Under the pieces are notes generated by a model. It was not told where the DNA came from, made no database searches, and saw nothing but the letters and a program-made list of their open reading frames with translations. Shown here piece by piece: positions 38,015 through 46,500 of a DNA stretch of 64,000 nt (positions within the stretch are counted from its first letter, which is position 1; every line of letters begins with the position of its first letter). This DNA is from a virus. Where the stretch lies: positions 1 to 64,000 of the IMG/VR virus record IMGVR_UViG_3300025093_000013; one strand, written 5' to 3'. The position numbers and the translations under genes were made by a program.

Positions 38015-38520
38015 AGCGTCTTCTCCCTCTCCTACTGCTGGCTTCCTGTGAGCCTCTGAGCATCATCCACGATGACCTGACTGACAGCGGATCCAACTGG
38101 GGAGAGGGCTCTACGAACCCCAACCTGAGCGACCTGTGTACTGTCCATGATAGTACGCTAGACAGCTTTGGTTATGTGGGAGACTTTCCTGCGAATGAAG
38201 CATATCATCTTTGCGCGGAAGTTAGTTCGGATGATGATTGGCTAAGTGTTAGTTATCTTCCTACGCCATTCACTCTCAATCTTGAGACCGCAACTTACGG
38301 TTACACGACTGCTCTGGTAACTGTTGTAGAATGGCCTGCTGATCTACCAAATGCTCTAAAAGATAACAACTTCACAGTTCTGGACCAGTTTGAGGTTGAC
38401 GGGACTGTGACTCGAAGCTATTATATTGAGCCTACTGAGGAGAACGCCTTCATGACTATCATAGTGAAGGCACTCAACACCAGCAACTTCAACGAATACT
38501 ATCTGAGGATCGAACCATGA
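38011..38520 (+). CDS. Predicted lipoprotein
   Basis: MKRLLPLLLLASC lipobox. Confidence 0.6.
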   Translation: MKRLLPLLLLASCEPLSIIHDDLTDSGSNWGEGSTNPNLSDLCTVHDSTLDSFGYVGDFPANEAYHLCAEVSSDDDWLSVSYLPTPFTLNLETATYGYTTALVTVVEWPADLPNALKDNNFTVLDQFEVDGTVTRSYYIEPTEENAFMTIIVKALNTSNFNEYYLRIEP

Positions 38521-38843
38521 AGTATGTAGAGAAACCTTGGGGCAACGAGCTATGGATGGCTGTCAACGATAAGTACGCCATGAAAAAGCTTACTGTCCTC
38601 GCTGGTCATAGTCTAAGTCTTCAATATCACGAAGAGAAGATGGAGACTATGTATTGCGTGGGAGGCGAGGGGCATCTAGAAGTTAATGATGTAAAGGTTC
38701 TCATGGTCCCTGGTGTCGTCGAGACGATCTACCCAAAGGATGTGCATAGGCTTTCGGCGGTGGAGGATCTCACTATTATAGAGTGCAGCACTCCTGAACT
38801 GGACGATGTTGTCCGACTGGAAGATAACTATGACCGCCTTTGA
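38517..38843 (+). CDS. Cupin (mannose-6-phosphate isomerase type II-like)
   Basis: VEKPWG, SLQYHEEK.ET, HR, STPELDDVVRLED.Y.R. Confidence 0.85.
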   Translation: MKYVEKPWGNELWMAVNDKYAMKKLTVLAGHSLSLQYHEEKMETMYCVGGEGHLEVNDVKVLMVPGVVETIYPKDVHRLSAVEDLTIIECSTPELDDVVRLEDNYDRL

Positions 38844-39303
38844 CGAGAAAGAATACTTCAAGAAGTGGGATCCTGAGGTAGACTACAAGGCCAACCCACA
38901 CCTCTACAACATCGGGAGAGGCCAGCAAGGCGTTCTGATCTGTGAGCCTTACAAGAGCCATCTGTGTGCCATGTGGAGGTTCAAGACTCCTAAGGAGGCT
39001 ATCAAGAGCGCACAGGCTATCTACATCGAGTTCATGAAGTACCTGATGGTGAAAGACTTTGTGGGCGCTGACATGGCGAAGAAGTATCTTCACATGGGAT
39101 TCACTCGCGCAAGGAGATATGCAAATCATAGAGACGGCAATAAGTATGATGAGAATGGGAATGTGAAGCCCCAGGAGCCTGATGCCATGTCTTGTGAGAA
39201 AGCTGAGTCAGCCGAGATCTTCAAGAAGTATTGGTTCAAAGCGAAGGATGACGCACAATACATCAACCTAAAGAAACAATGGAAAAAGGAATACAACAAG
39301 TAG
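38830..39303 (+). CDS. DUF4385-like protein
   Basis: Y.IGRGQQGVL.CEPYKS..WRFKT..DFVGADMAKKYL.MGFTRARRYANH. Confidence 0.75.
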   Translation: MTAFDEKEYFKKWDPEVDYKANPHLYNIGRGQQGVLICEPYKSHLCAMWRFKTPKEAIKSAQAIYIEFMKYLMVKDFVGADMAKKYLHMGFTRARRYANHRDGNKYDENGNVKPQEPDAMSCEKAESAEIFKKYWFKAKDDAQYINLKKQWKKEYNK

Positions 39304-39393
39304 TTCTGGGATTTCTTATGGCAACCGTACCCTGTGTTGCTACTATGATGCTAATAAAGCATGGGGACCAGTTCAATAGGTCCTACAAGAAGT

Positions 39394-39984
39394 ATGAGTT
39401 ATTTAAATAGTAGCATTCCTGAGTTCTACTGCCTAGGCAGGAAGGAGTTCTTCTACAATCAAAAGAAGGGCCACGGTGAGTATGAGAATGTCATGGTCTT
39501 TGGTGCTAGATGTAGAGCAGGGAGGGCCATTGAGTTCCATGTGCTGACTGACTCTGGTATGCAATTCATGGGACTTCCTCCTCATGCTCTGTGTACCAAA
39601 CCTTGTGAGCGTCCAAAACTTATCGACAGTCAGCTATGGGATTGTTTTGGCGATGAGTTTGAGGTCACTAAGTTCGACTACCTAGAGAACATGCGATGTA
39701 AGTATCGTAGAGAGAGTGACGGTAAGATGTTGGACGGAAACTATGTCATGACCTTTGATTGGACAGACAATGCATTCTCCGACGATCCATCTCAAAGAAA
39801 GAATGCTCACCTGATTGCGCTAGACTCAGGTAACTATACCCTACAACCTAACAATCGCACGCTATGGTTCGATCCTGCTTGGACAGATAAAGAACCTCCG
39901 CTAGATTGGGAGGTCAACGAAAAAATTTGGAGTAGTGAGACTCAACATGAAAGAGCAAAAGAAAACAAGTTCTTCTACAAGTAA
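39394..39984 (+). CDS. Conserved phage hypothetical protein
   Basis: QLWDCF, QPNNR motifs. Confidence 0.65.
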   Translation: MSYLNSSIPEFYCLGRKEFFYNQKKGHGEYENVMVFGARCRAGRAIEFHVLTDSGMQFMGLPPHALCTKPCERPKLIDSQLWDCFGDEFEVTKFDYLENMRCKYRRESDGKMLDGNYVMTFDWTDNAFSDDPSQRKNAHLIALDSGNYTLQPNNRTLWFDPAWTDKEPPLDWEVNEKIWSSETQHERAKENKFFYK

Positions 39985-40159
39985 GATCAAAGTTAGCCTG
40001 ACCCTACAATGGGAGATGGAACCTAAGCAATACGAAGAGGCAAAAGAGTTTGTCTACGAGCAGGGCTGGGAATGGGATAAAGATCCTGTAACTGCTATCC
40101 ATTTCATGAATGAGATATGCTGGCCTAGCCTAGTAAAGAAAGCTGTGGAGGTAGACTGA
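39947..40159 (+). CDS. Hypothetical protein
   Basis: Overlapping ORF. Confidence 0.5.
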   Translation: MKEQKKTSSSTSKIKVSLTLQWEMEPKQYEEAKEFVYEQGWEWDKDPVTAIHFMNEICWPSLVKKAVEVD

Positions 40160-40539
40160 TGTACGAATACAAGATAAAAGAGATCGACAGAATTGTTGAT
40201 GGTGACACAGTAGATGCTACTATTGATCTAGGGTTCGATGTCCTCTACAAGACCAGAGTGCGTCTGTATGGCATCAACACCCCTGAAACACGGACCAAGG
40301 ACCTAGAAGAGAAGGCCAAGGGTCTAGCAGCCAAGGAGAGGCTGAACGAGATCATTCACAAAGCAACAAAGATGGGTCATCATCTGATCCTACAGACAAA
40401 AGAAAAAGGAAAGTTTGGCCGCTACCTTGGTGTCATCATCATTGAAGACTGTAGACCAGACCATGATACTAGAACAGACATCAACCAACTCCTAGTAGAA
40501 GAAGGTCATGCCGAACCATACTACGGAGGAAAGAGATGA
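40159..40539 (+). CDS. Thermonuclease (SNase-like) family protein
   Basis: IVDGDTVD..DLGF..RVRLYGINTPE..KGKFGRYLG..LVEEGHA. Confidence 0.85.
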   Translation: MYEYKIKEIDRIVDGDTVDATIDLGFDVLYKTRVRLYGINTPETRTKDLEEKAKGLAAKERLNEIIHKATKMGHHLILQTKEKGKFGRYLGVIIIEDCRPDHDTRTDINQLLVEEGHAEPYYGGKR

Positions 40540-41093
40540 TGCAAGAAGAAATGGACTTCGACCCAGAACCAATAGAAGAGGAAGAAGATCCTAATAAGTA
40601 TTGCAATCATTGTGGCACCACCCTAGAAATAGGAATCAACTGGAATGAGTCCGACAAGAAGATATCCATCTATAGATGCAACCCTTGTCGATACTCACTC
40701 ACCCAAGTACCCAAGATCAAATACAATGACCTGAAAAGATCCGCCATCAAAAGAGGATACGAATGGAAACTAAACCCAGAAGAAACCTCTGGTCTACTAC
40801 TAGATGAATGCTACTACTGCGGAAAAGAATCCATACAAGAAGTAAAACTACATGGTCTAGATAGACTCGATAATAATGTAGGATACCAAAAAGATAATGT
40901 AGTAACCTGCTGTGAACAATGCAATAGAGCTAAACTCACAGACACAAAAGAAGACTTCATTGAGATGTGTAAGAGAGTAGCTGATAGACACTACACATAC
41001 GAAAAGTCAAATATGGAGAGTACAAAAATATACCTAGAGAATAACGATCTAGGGGAATTTGTAAAAGAGAATTTTGATTACCCTGTTTGGTGA
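40536..41093 (+). CDS. HNH-like (His-Me finger) endonuclease
   Basis: CYYCG..GLDRLDNNVGY..NVVTCCEQCNRAK. Confidence 0.75.
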   Translation: MMQEEMDFDPEPIEEEEDPNKYCNHCGTTLEIGINWNESDKKISIYRCNPCRYSLTQVPKIKYNDLKRSAIKRGYEWKLNPEETSGLLLDECYYCGKESIQEVKLHGLDRLDNNVGYQKDNVVTCCEQCNRAKLTDTKEDFIEMCKRVADRHYTYEKSNMESTKIYLENNDLGEFVKENFDYPVW

Positions 41094-41225
41094 TCTACTA
41101 TACACTTGTAGGAAGGGATAGGAAAAGTCAAATATGGCACCCCCTTCTGACCTTGACAATGCATCGTGTAGGAAAAGTCAAATATAAGGGGTGTAATATA
41201 CCCCATGTAAGAAAAGTCAAATCTG
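41001..41225. repeat. Four direct copies of GAAAAGTCAAAT
   Basis: Copies at about 41001, 41122, 41172 and 41211. Confidence 0.8.
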
Positions 41226-41472
41226 ATTGCTTGACTCAAAACTAAACTTACACACCCCATCCGAGCAAACTTAAAGCAAGCTTTGAGCCAAGTTTAGATG
41301 GGGTGGGTTGGTCGGGGAGAAAAGTTTAGAGTGCGTTTCATACAAACTCTAAACTACTCTGATTGATACTATTCTTAAGGGGGCGAGACACCCCAAAAGA
41401 AGCAAACTACTGCAATACATATACATGTACAGTAGCAGATCTCATCGAAGTCTAATTCTCGACGGGTCTTAT

Positions 41473-41727
41473 TCATTTCCCGAACCTTTCACAACTCCTG
41501 CGAAACATAAGTGCAACCCAATTGTCCAAGAATAGCTGATGGAGAACGAATCCCCTAGTGCCTCCCTTGGAAACTTTCATCCACTTCCTACGCCATGCGT
41601 TAGTGGCATTTTCATGCTCATCTAGGAATCTAGGCTCACAAGGTCTATGCCTTGTTTGGAGCATATGATTCCATGCCCAGCAAGTAAGAAGGGCATTGTT
41701 AGGAAACTTAGTAGGTTGAACCATCAT
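41473..41727 (-). CDS. Hypothetical protein
   Basis: Coupled to the upstream ORF. Confidence 0.45.
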   Translation of the reverse strand: MMVQPTKFPNNALLTCWAWNHMLQTRHRPCEPRFLDEHENATNAWRRKWMKVSKGGTRGFVLHQLFLDNWVALMFRRSCERFGK

Positions 41728-41966
41728 CGGTCATTCCTCCAATCTTGATCGTTGTATTGGTCTTCTTCTTCATCCTCGTCGCAAGGAGCGAATGCCTCAT
41801 CTTGGCACTCCTGGCACAATCCAGAGATAGTATACTCCTTAGCAGAGATATCATCTTTGAACCACCCAGCATGGCACCCACACACCACGCACTGCTGGTT
41901 AGCCATAGCGGTAGAGCGAGTGGGCTGGAGGGTGTGGAGGTAAGCTTCCATTTCGGGGCTCTTCAT
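41724..41966 (-). CDS. Small zinc-finger protein
   Basis: CVVCG..EYTISGLCQECQD; TTGAAA-N16-TACTAT-N6-ATG. Confidence 0.7.
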   Translation of the reverse strand: MKSPEMEAYLHTLQPTRSTAMANQQCVVCGCHAGWFKDDISAKEYTISGLCQECQDEAFAPCDEDEEEDQYNDQDWRNDR

Positions 41967-42106
41967 GCGTGTATAGTAGCACCTGGGGACTAGGTTTCAA
42001 GCGGAATCTAAGGAAAGTGGGCGTCCTAAGTCTAGGTCTGATAAGGGTTTACGGCGATCGGGGCCGCCGCCCGCCAAAATGGCAGGGCTAGTTTATTGAT
42101 ATAAAC

Positions 42107-42598
42107 TCAGGCGAGAGATTGAATAGCGGCCTTGTGCCAGTTGTGAATAGACTGGCCCGAGACATTGTAGTCCTCTGCGATAGAAGCGTAGGACTCGCCC
42201 TCGATAGTGTGACGCAGAACGATATCACGGTCACGGTCGGAAAGGGAATCGAGCATGGAGAGAGTCTCCTTGTCCTCCGTGTAGGAAGGGTGCCAAGCGT
42301 CGGAGTTATCGTCCTCTTTGATAGCGTCCAGGGACATCTGGATACCGTCACCCTTGAGCGCCTTCTTGGCACAGGCACGGTCAATCTCCATCATGCGCCA
42401 CTTGATGCGCTGAATCATGTAGGTCGAGAACTTCATGCCCGCATCGGGAAGGTACGCCTGCTCGCCCTTGTGCAGAGCCAGGAAAGCCTCGGACACCAGA
42501 TCGTCACGATCATAGTGAGCAGAGATGTGAGGCTTCTCCGCGTACAGGTTGGCGTACTTGTTGGCGGCGGGGATGAAGTCGCTGATGGTGTTGCTCAT
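42107..42598 (-). CDS. Sigma-70 family RNA polymerase sigma factor
   Basis: DDLVSEAFLAL, KFSTYMIQRIKW (region 2); LSDRDRDIV..ESYASIAEDYNVS (region 4). Start could be 42607. Confidence 0.85.
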   Translation of the reverse strand: MSNTISDFIPAANKYANLYAEKPHISAHYDRDDLVSEAFLALHKGEQAYLPDAGMKFSTYMIQRIKWRMMEIDRACAKKALKGDGIQMSLDAIKEDDNSDAWHPSYTEDKETLSMLDSLSDRDRDIVLRHTIEGESYASIAEDYNVSGQSIHNWHKAAIQSLA

Positions 42599-42756
42599 GT
42601 GACTCATGATAGTCTATTATCGACCACCCGTCAACCATTCCTTGAGAGAAATCTCTGTCCTAAGTGCCTGGGGGATAAGGACTTACGGCGGGGCGGGCTG
42701 CCCCCGCCAAAATGGCAGGCCCTAACCCCTTGCGGGGCCAGGACTTAGAGCCAGAC

Positions 42757-43545
42757 TCAGGCAGCCGCGAGGATACCCTCGGCAGCGTTCCACAGGTTGA
42801 GGTTGACGCGACTCAGCGCGTCGATGTTGGTGAGTTCCCGAGCCTGACGCTTCTGGCCCTCACCCTTGAAACCCCCACGGATGGTGTTCTCCTGCACACG
42901 GTTGAACACGGTCCACAGGTCGGAACCAATGTCCTCCTGCCTGCGAGGGTTGAGAAGCTCCCGAGAGTCGATCTCGGAGGCAGCACCCCAGCGAGCAACC
43001 TTGCCCGCGTGAGCCATCTGGAACTGCTCCTCATCGTCGAGGTGCAGGTTCGCCATGCTGTCGATGTTGTCCGCGATGTTGGGGACAAGGTTGGACATGG
43101 ACTGGATCGCATCGGACACGCTGTCCATGGACAGGTTCATGTGACGCTGCGTGAAGCTGCCCAGATCAAGGGACTGGATAACCAGACCATTCGAGCAGAC
43201 CAGAGCAAACAGGCCAGCGGCCAGCTTGAGCGAGGACGAGCCATCGCTGGAGTTAGTGACGAGGATCTCGGGGAAGATATCCTGCGAAGGGTTGCGAGGG
43301 TCCGCGATGCGAAGGCTAAGATCCTTGCGCTGGAACCCGAGGGTGTGCTTCTTGTTGTCCGCCGAACGCTTGTAGCTCTTGGGCTGGAGCGCACGGGTGA
43401 CGCCCCATCCAAGCGCGTCGAACTGCTCGACAATGCTGGAGGAAGGGACGAAGCTGTAACGATCCGACATGCGGTCGCAGGGCTTGGAGGCGAAGACGGA
43501 AGGAGCGAGCTTCGCGATCTCGCTGTTGTCCATGAAGGTAACCAT
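42757..43545 (-). CDS. DUF932/DUF945-family protein
   Basis: APSVFA..SDRYSFVP, NSSDGSSS, GLFALVCSNGL, DLWTVFNRVQEN; TTGATC-N16-TATTAT-N6-ATG. Confidence 0.8.
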   Translation of the reverse strand: MVTFMDNSEIAKLAPSVFASKPCDRMSDRYSFVPSSSIVEQFDALGWGVTRALQPKSYKRSADNKKHTLGFQRKDLSLRIADPRNPSQDIFPEILVTNSSDGSSSLKLAAGLFALVCSNGLVIQSLDLGSFTQRHMNLSMDSVSDAIQSMSNLVPNIADNIDSMANLHLDDEEQFQMAHAGKVARWGAASEIDSRELLNPRRQEDIGSDLWTVFNRVQENTIRGGFKGEGQKRQARELTNIDALSRVNLNLWNAAEGILAAA

Positions 43546-43679
43546 GCGTGTATAATAGCGTGCCACACTTAGAGATCAACAACAAAAGTGCGAAAGTTAG
43601 CGTCCTAAGTCGTTGGTACATAAGGACTTACGGCGGCGGGGGCTGCCGCCGAAATGGGGCATCCTATCGGAAAAGTTAG

Positions 43680-43710
43680 AAAAAAACCCCCGAGGATGCC
43701 TCCCCGAGGG
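43680..43710 (-). terminator. Intrinsic terminator (minus strand)
   Basis: Minus strand CCCTCGGGGA-GGCA-TCCTCGGGGG followed by a T run. Confidence 0.7.
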
Positions 43711-43780
43711 CTGCCCATTTCCCGATGGGCCACTCGCTTTCTTTCAACTCGGTCGGTTAGCTACCCTCCCGAGCGCATCG

Positions 43781-44014
43781 TCATGCAGATTTAGCCATCG
43801 GCGCGAGGCCGTAGATGCCAGTCCGATTCCAGACCTTGACCGCGTGGTCACGGGTGACTCCAGAGTTGAGGAACTCCCCAGTACGCTGGTTGACGATGGA
43901 AAAGGTGGTGATGCCAGCACGCTGAGTGCGAACCATGCAGTAGTTGCTGTTGCAGTAGCCAGCGACGGGAACGAAGGTCGTGCGACCGTTGGTGTAGCGA
44001 GAGTTGATCTTCAT
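43781..44014 (-). CDS. Hypothetical protein (MKINSRY...)
   Basis: TTGAAA-N17-TACTAT-N6-ATG. Confidence 0.65.
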   Translation of the reverse strand: MKINSRYTNGRTTFVPVAGYCNSNYCMVRTQRAGITTFSIVNQRTGEFLNSGVTRDHAVKVWNRTGIYGLAPMAKSA

Positions 44015-44045
44015 GCTTCTATAGTAGTTTCGAGTGTCGGAAGTT

Positions 44046-44207
44046 TCAAGCGTCCATTGCGTGCTTGTGCTGCTGAATGATATCCCACTCAAGCTCGATA
44101 GCGTCAGCACAGGACTCGCAGAGGAGCGAGTTGCCGAACGGAGAGCCGAGGGCATACTGGGGAAACTGATCCCCGCAAGCGTCACACGCGATGGTGATGT
44201 CTTCCAT
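44046..44207 (-). CDS. Small CxxC zinc-finger protein
   Basis: CDACG..LCESC; TTGCTT-N16-TACTAT-N6-ATG. Confidence 0.6.
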   Translation of the reverse strand: MEDITIACDACGDQFPQYALGSPFGNSLLCESCADAIELEWDIIQQHKHAMDA

Positions 44208-44328
44208 GTGTGTATAGTAGTCTATCGGGCCACGAAAGCAAGGGAGAATGTCGAGAAAGTGGGGCGCGTAAACCCTTGCAGCATAAGGACTTAGGGCGGG
44301 GGCGGCTGCCCCCTGCCAAAATGGCAGG

Positions 44329-44490
44329 TTAGGCTTCTTCTTCCTCACGATAAATATCATACATGATATCGAACGCAGTATCCAAGAGATAAAGGTTGAT
44401 ATCTTGTTCAGCCATAGTTTCTTCAAGAAGACTACTATCTTCGTAGTCAGCCATCCACGCAGTCAGTCTATCTTTGAGTTCTCTCTTCAT
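44329..44490 (-). CDS. Small acidic protein
   Basis: MKRELKDRL...; AGGTGAT SD-like sequence upstream. Confidence 0.55.
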   Translation of the reverse strand: MKRELKDRLTAWMADYEDSSLLEETMAEQDINLYLLDTAFDIMYDIYREEEEA

Positions 44491-44498
44491 GTTATCAC

Positions 44499-45149
44499 CT
44501 AGTGGGACAGGAACTTCACGGTCATAGTAGATTGCCAGCAGGCACCACAAGTACCACAACTCTCAGTCTTTCCAGTCTGCTCAGGACAAGTGAAAGACTT
44601 ACCCTCGAAAGACTCATCCGCAGCATAACGAATGCCCGACATACTTTCTTTGTTGCGAGACCAGCGAATAACACAACGCTCAGGGTAGGATGCATTCAGG
44701 CGTTGAATACGCTTGCCGATATCATCCTCACGGGCAGTATAACCCCAGATGAGAAGACCATCATACTTGCACAGCATCTCATCCCAGAAGGTTACATAGT
44801 CCGTTGAGAAGAAGTCTCCGAGGACATGGAGACGAATAGCAATCTTGCCATGCTTTGCAATCAGCGTGTCGATCTCATGCTCCAATCGACGAACAAATGC
44901 GCTATAGTCAGCGACAGAATAGCGAGCAGCGAAAGGCATATTGTTTCCATAGCAATCGTCCCAATGGTGGCAGGAACGCGGACAAGTATCGCGTTCGGTT
45001 AGAGTGAGAGAAAAGATAGGGGCACCTGCCCACGCAGTCTTTTTAATACGGCGACCAAGTTTTTTATTGTTGCCACCCGACTTGAGCATAAACACATGAT
45101 TGTCGGGAACGGGCTTGATCGACTTCTGGTAGCGAGTGCTTACTAGCAT
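44499..45149 (-). CDS. Phage Gp88-like Cys-rich protein
   Basis: N.KLG, TCP..C....CY, RLHVLGDF, CPEQ..CGTCGACW; TTGCAA-N16-TAGTAT-N6-ATG. Confidence 0.7.
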   Translation of the reverse strand: MLVSTRYQKSIKPVPDNHVFMLKSGGNNKKLGRRIKKTAWAGAPIFSLTLTERDTCPRSCHHWDDCYGNNMPFAARYSVADYSAFVRRLEHEIDTLIAKHGKIAIRLHVLGDFFSTDYVTFWDEMLCKYDGLLIWGYTAREDDIGKRIQRLNASYPERCVIRWSRNKESMSGIRYAADESFEGKSFTCPEQTGKTESCGTCGACWQSTMTVKFLSH

Positions 45150-45260
45150 TCCTGTATACTAGCACGGTCGGCCAAGATTGCAAGCAAAATCTAGCGTCCT
45201 AAGTCGTTGCTACATAAGGACTTAGGGCGGGGGCGGCGGCCCCCTGCCATTATGGCAGGA

Positions 45261-45473
45261 TCACCTCACAACCTCATCCATAACATAAATCTCCTCATCC
45301 CATCCATCATGCCAACAAGGATAGTCTGCGTGATTATCAACTTCCCAATCCTTATAGCTCTCTTCGATATAGGCTTTGGCATACCTGATAGCGTCCTGCT
45401 GGTCCTTGAACAGACCAAGGAGACGCTTGCCTTCGTGTTGCACTTCACGCCAAAGACAATAAACCTTATCCAT
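45261..45473 (-). CDS. Hypothetical protein
   Basis: MDKVYCLW..LLGLFKD..A..YA. Confidence 0.55.
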   Translation of the reverse strand: MDKVYCLWREVQHEGKRLLGLFKDQQDAIRYAKAYIEESYKDWEVDNHADYPCWHDGWDEEIYVMDEVVR

Positions 45474-45667
45474 CAAAACTCTCCAATGTAGTGGCCGACA
45501 CGCCAAATTAGATCTTGCACCATATCCTCCACAACATATGATGGCTCATCACCATAACTTAGTTTGCTACGGATCTGCTTGAGTTCTTCAAAGGTGCGAT
45601 TGAGCATATCAAGTGCTTCTTCAAGTTCTTCTTGATGAAGCATATCAAGCGACTTTTCATCCATCAT
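45473..45667 (-). CDS. Hypothetical acidic protein
   Basis: MMDEKSL... operon-style ORF. Confidence 0.5.
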   Translation of the reverse strand: MMDEKSLDMLHQEELEEALDMLNRTFEELKQIRSKLSYGDEPSYVVEDMVQDLIWRVGHYIGEF

Positions 45668-45797
45668 ATTTCCAACCTCTACAGGCGTTCTTGTTCTCTG
45701 CGCGTTTCTTACTGGTGATCTTATGGGCTCGACGGGCGAACTCCATATTGCGAAGGTGATTCCTACGCTTGGCAAGGTTCTTATCGTGCTGGTCCAT
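45657..45797 (-). CDS. Small basic protein (46 aa)
   Basis: MDQHDKNLAKRRNHLRNMEFARRAHKITSKKRAENKNACRGWKYDG. Confidence 0.5.
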   Translation of the reverse strand: MDQHDKNLAKRRNHLRNMEFARRAHKITSKKRAENKNACRGWKYDG

Positions 45798-45801
45798 GGT
45801 A

Positions 45802-46236
45802 TTAGATAGTAGACCGAAACTTGGCAGTGTAAAACTTTACATTCTTGATCCAGTGCTTATTGAGTCCAGTCGGGTCGTTATCAGCACCCACGGGACAATA
45901 ACGCTTGCCAAGGAAAGTAATAAAGTCTCCCTTGCTACCAGCCTTGACCCAGCGATCATAGTTCTTCTGGACAGTGGCAGCACACCACCCAGCTTGGTTA
46001 CGGTATCCAGGCTTGCAACGCTTGTGGATGATACCGTACTGGTACTTCTTGCCATTCTCTGCATACCTAATGGCTGCAACAATAGGGGCAAGTTTAGTGC
46101 GACACTCAGGACGGATATTCACATTGATAGCATCCTGATATAGAGCAGCGTTAGCCTTGCCGTCCTTAGTCTCGATTGCAGAGTACCCATCGGCAAGGAC
46201 AGGGGCACACAGGAGGAGTGCAAGGATAAACTTCAT
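45802..46236 (-). CDS. Secreted lysozyme/transglycosylase-like protein
   Basis: Signal peptide; AAIRYAENG (candidate catalytic Glu); YCP..WIKNV. Confidence 0.55.
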   Translation of the reverse strand: MKFILALLLCAPVLADGYSAIETKDGKANAALYQDAINVNIRPECRTKLAPIVAAIRYAENGKKYQYGIIHKRCKPGYRNQAGWCAATVQKNYDRWVKAGSKGDFITFLGKRYCPVGADNDPTGLNKHWIKNVKFYTAKFRSTI

Positions 46237-46328
46237 CGCCAAAGCTCCCAGTCGATGTAACCAGAGAAGAAGAGAGCTTCCTCGCCCTCTTGCTCGTTCA
46301 TCTCGTCTTCGTACTCTTCAAGGTCCAT
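46233..46328 (-). CDS. Small acidic peptide (31 aa)
   Basis: TTGCAC-N16-TACTAT-N6-ATG; MDLEEYEDEM... Confidence 0.5.
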   Translation of the reverse strand: MDLEEYEDEMNEQEGEEALFFSGYIDWELWR

Positions 46329-46500
46329 GTGTGTATAGTAGCACAGTCTGGCTATGGTGCAAGACTTTATGGGTAGAAAGTGTGGCGCGTAAACCCTTGC
46401 TATATAAGGACTTAGGGCAGCGGCGGCAGCCCCTGCCACAATGGCAGGGGTGAGCGGTTGTGGATCAATCTAGTTCACCACGCGCCCTCACCCCCTATAT

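Larger units (their letters stand above)
42025..46450. repeat. Dispersed intergenic module: 12-5-12 palindrome, GC tract and CCTGCCA..TGGCAGG hairpin (6 modules, 7 palindromes)
   Basis: Palindromes at 42025, 42659, 42721, 43604, 44267, 45198 and 46388. Consensus CCTAAGTCSTTG-N5-TAAGGACTTASG. Confidence 0.9.

Noticed and set aside
42119-44080. Long plus-strand ORFs 42119-42748, 42712-43572 and 43613-44080
   Set aside because: They are antisense shadows of GC-rich minus-strand genes that have recognisable motifs and promoters.
45258-45267. Second long SD-like match GAGGTGATCC on the minus strand
   Set aside because: It is formed by the last codons and stop of a gene abutting the module hairpin, so it is plausibly coincidental.
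42025-46450. CRISPR array
   Set aside because: Repeats are degenerate and mostly separated by 0.6-1.2 kb of genes rather than 30-40 nt spacers. There is no cas operon, and the PD-(D/E)XK gene is a common phage nuclease.
42025-46450. Classical integron attC array
   Set aside because: No GTTRRRY/RYYYAAC cores and no integrase in the window, and each unit has its own promoter. Kept only as an analogy.
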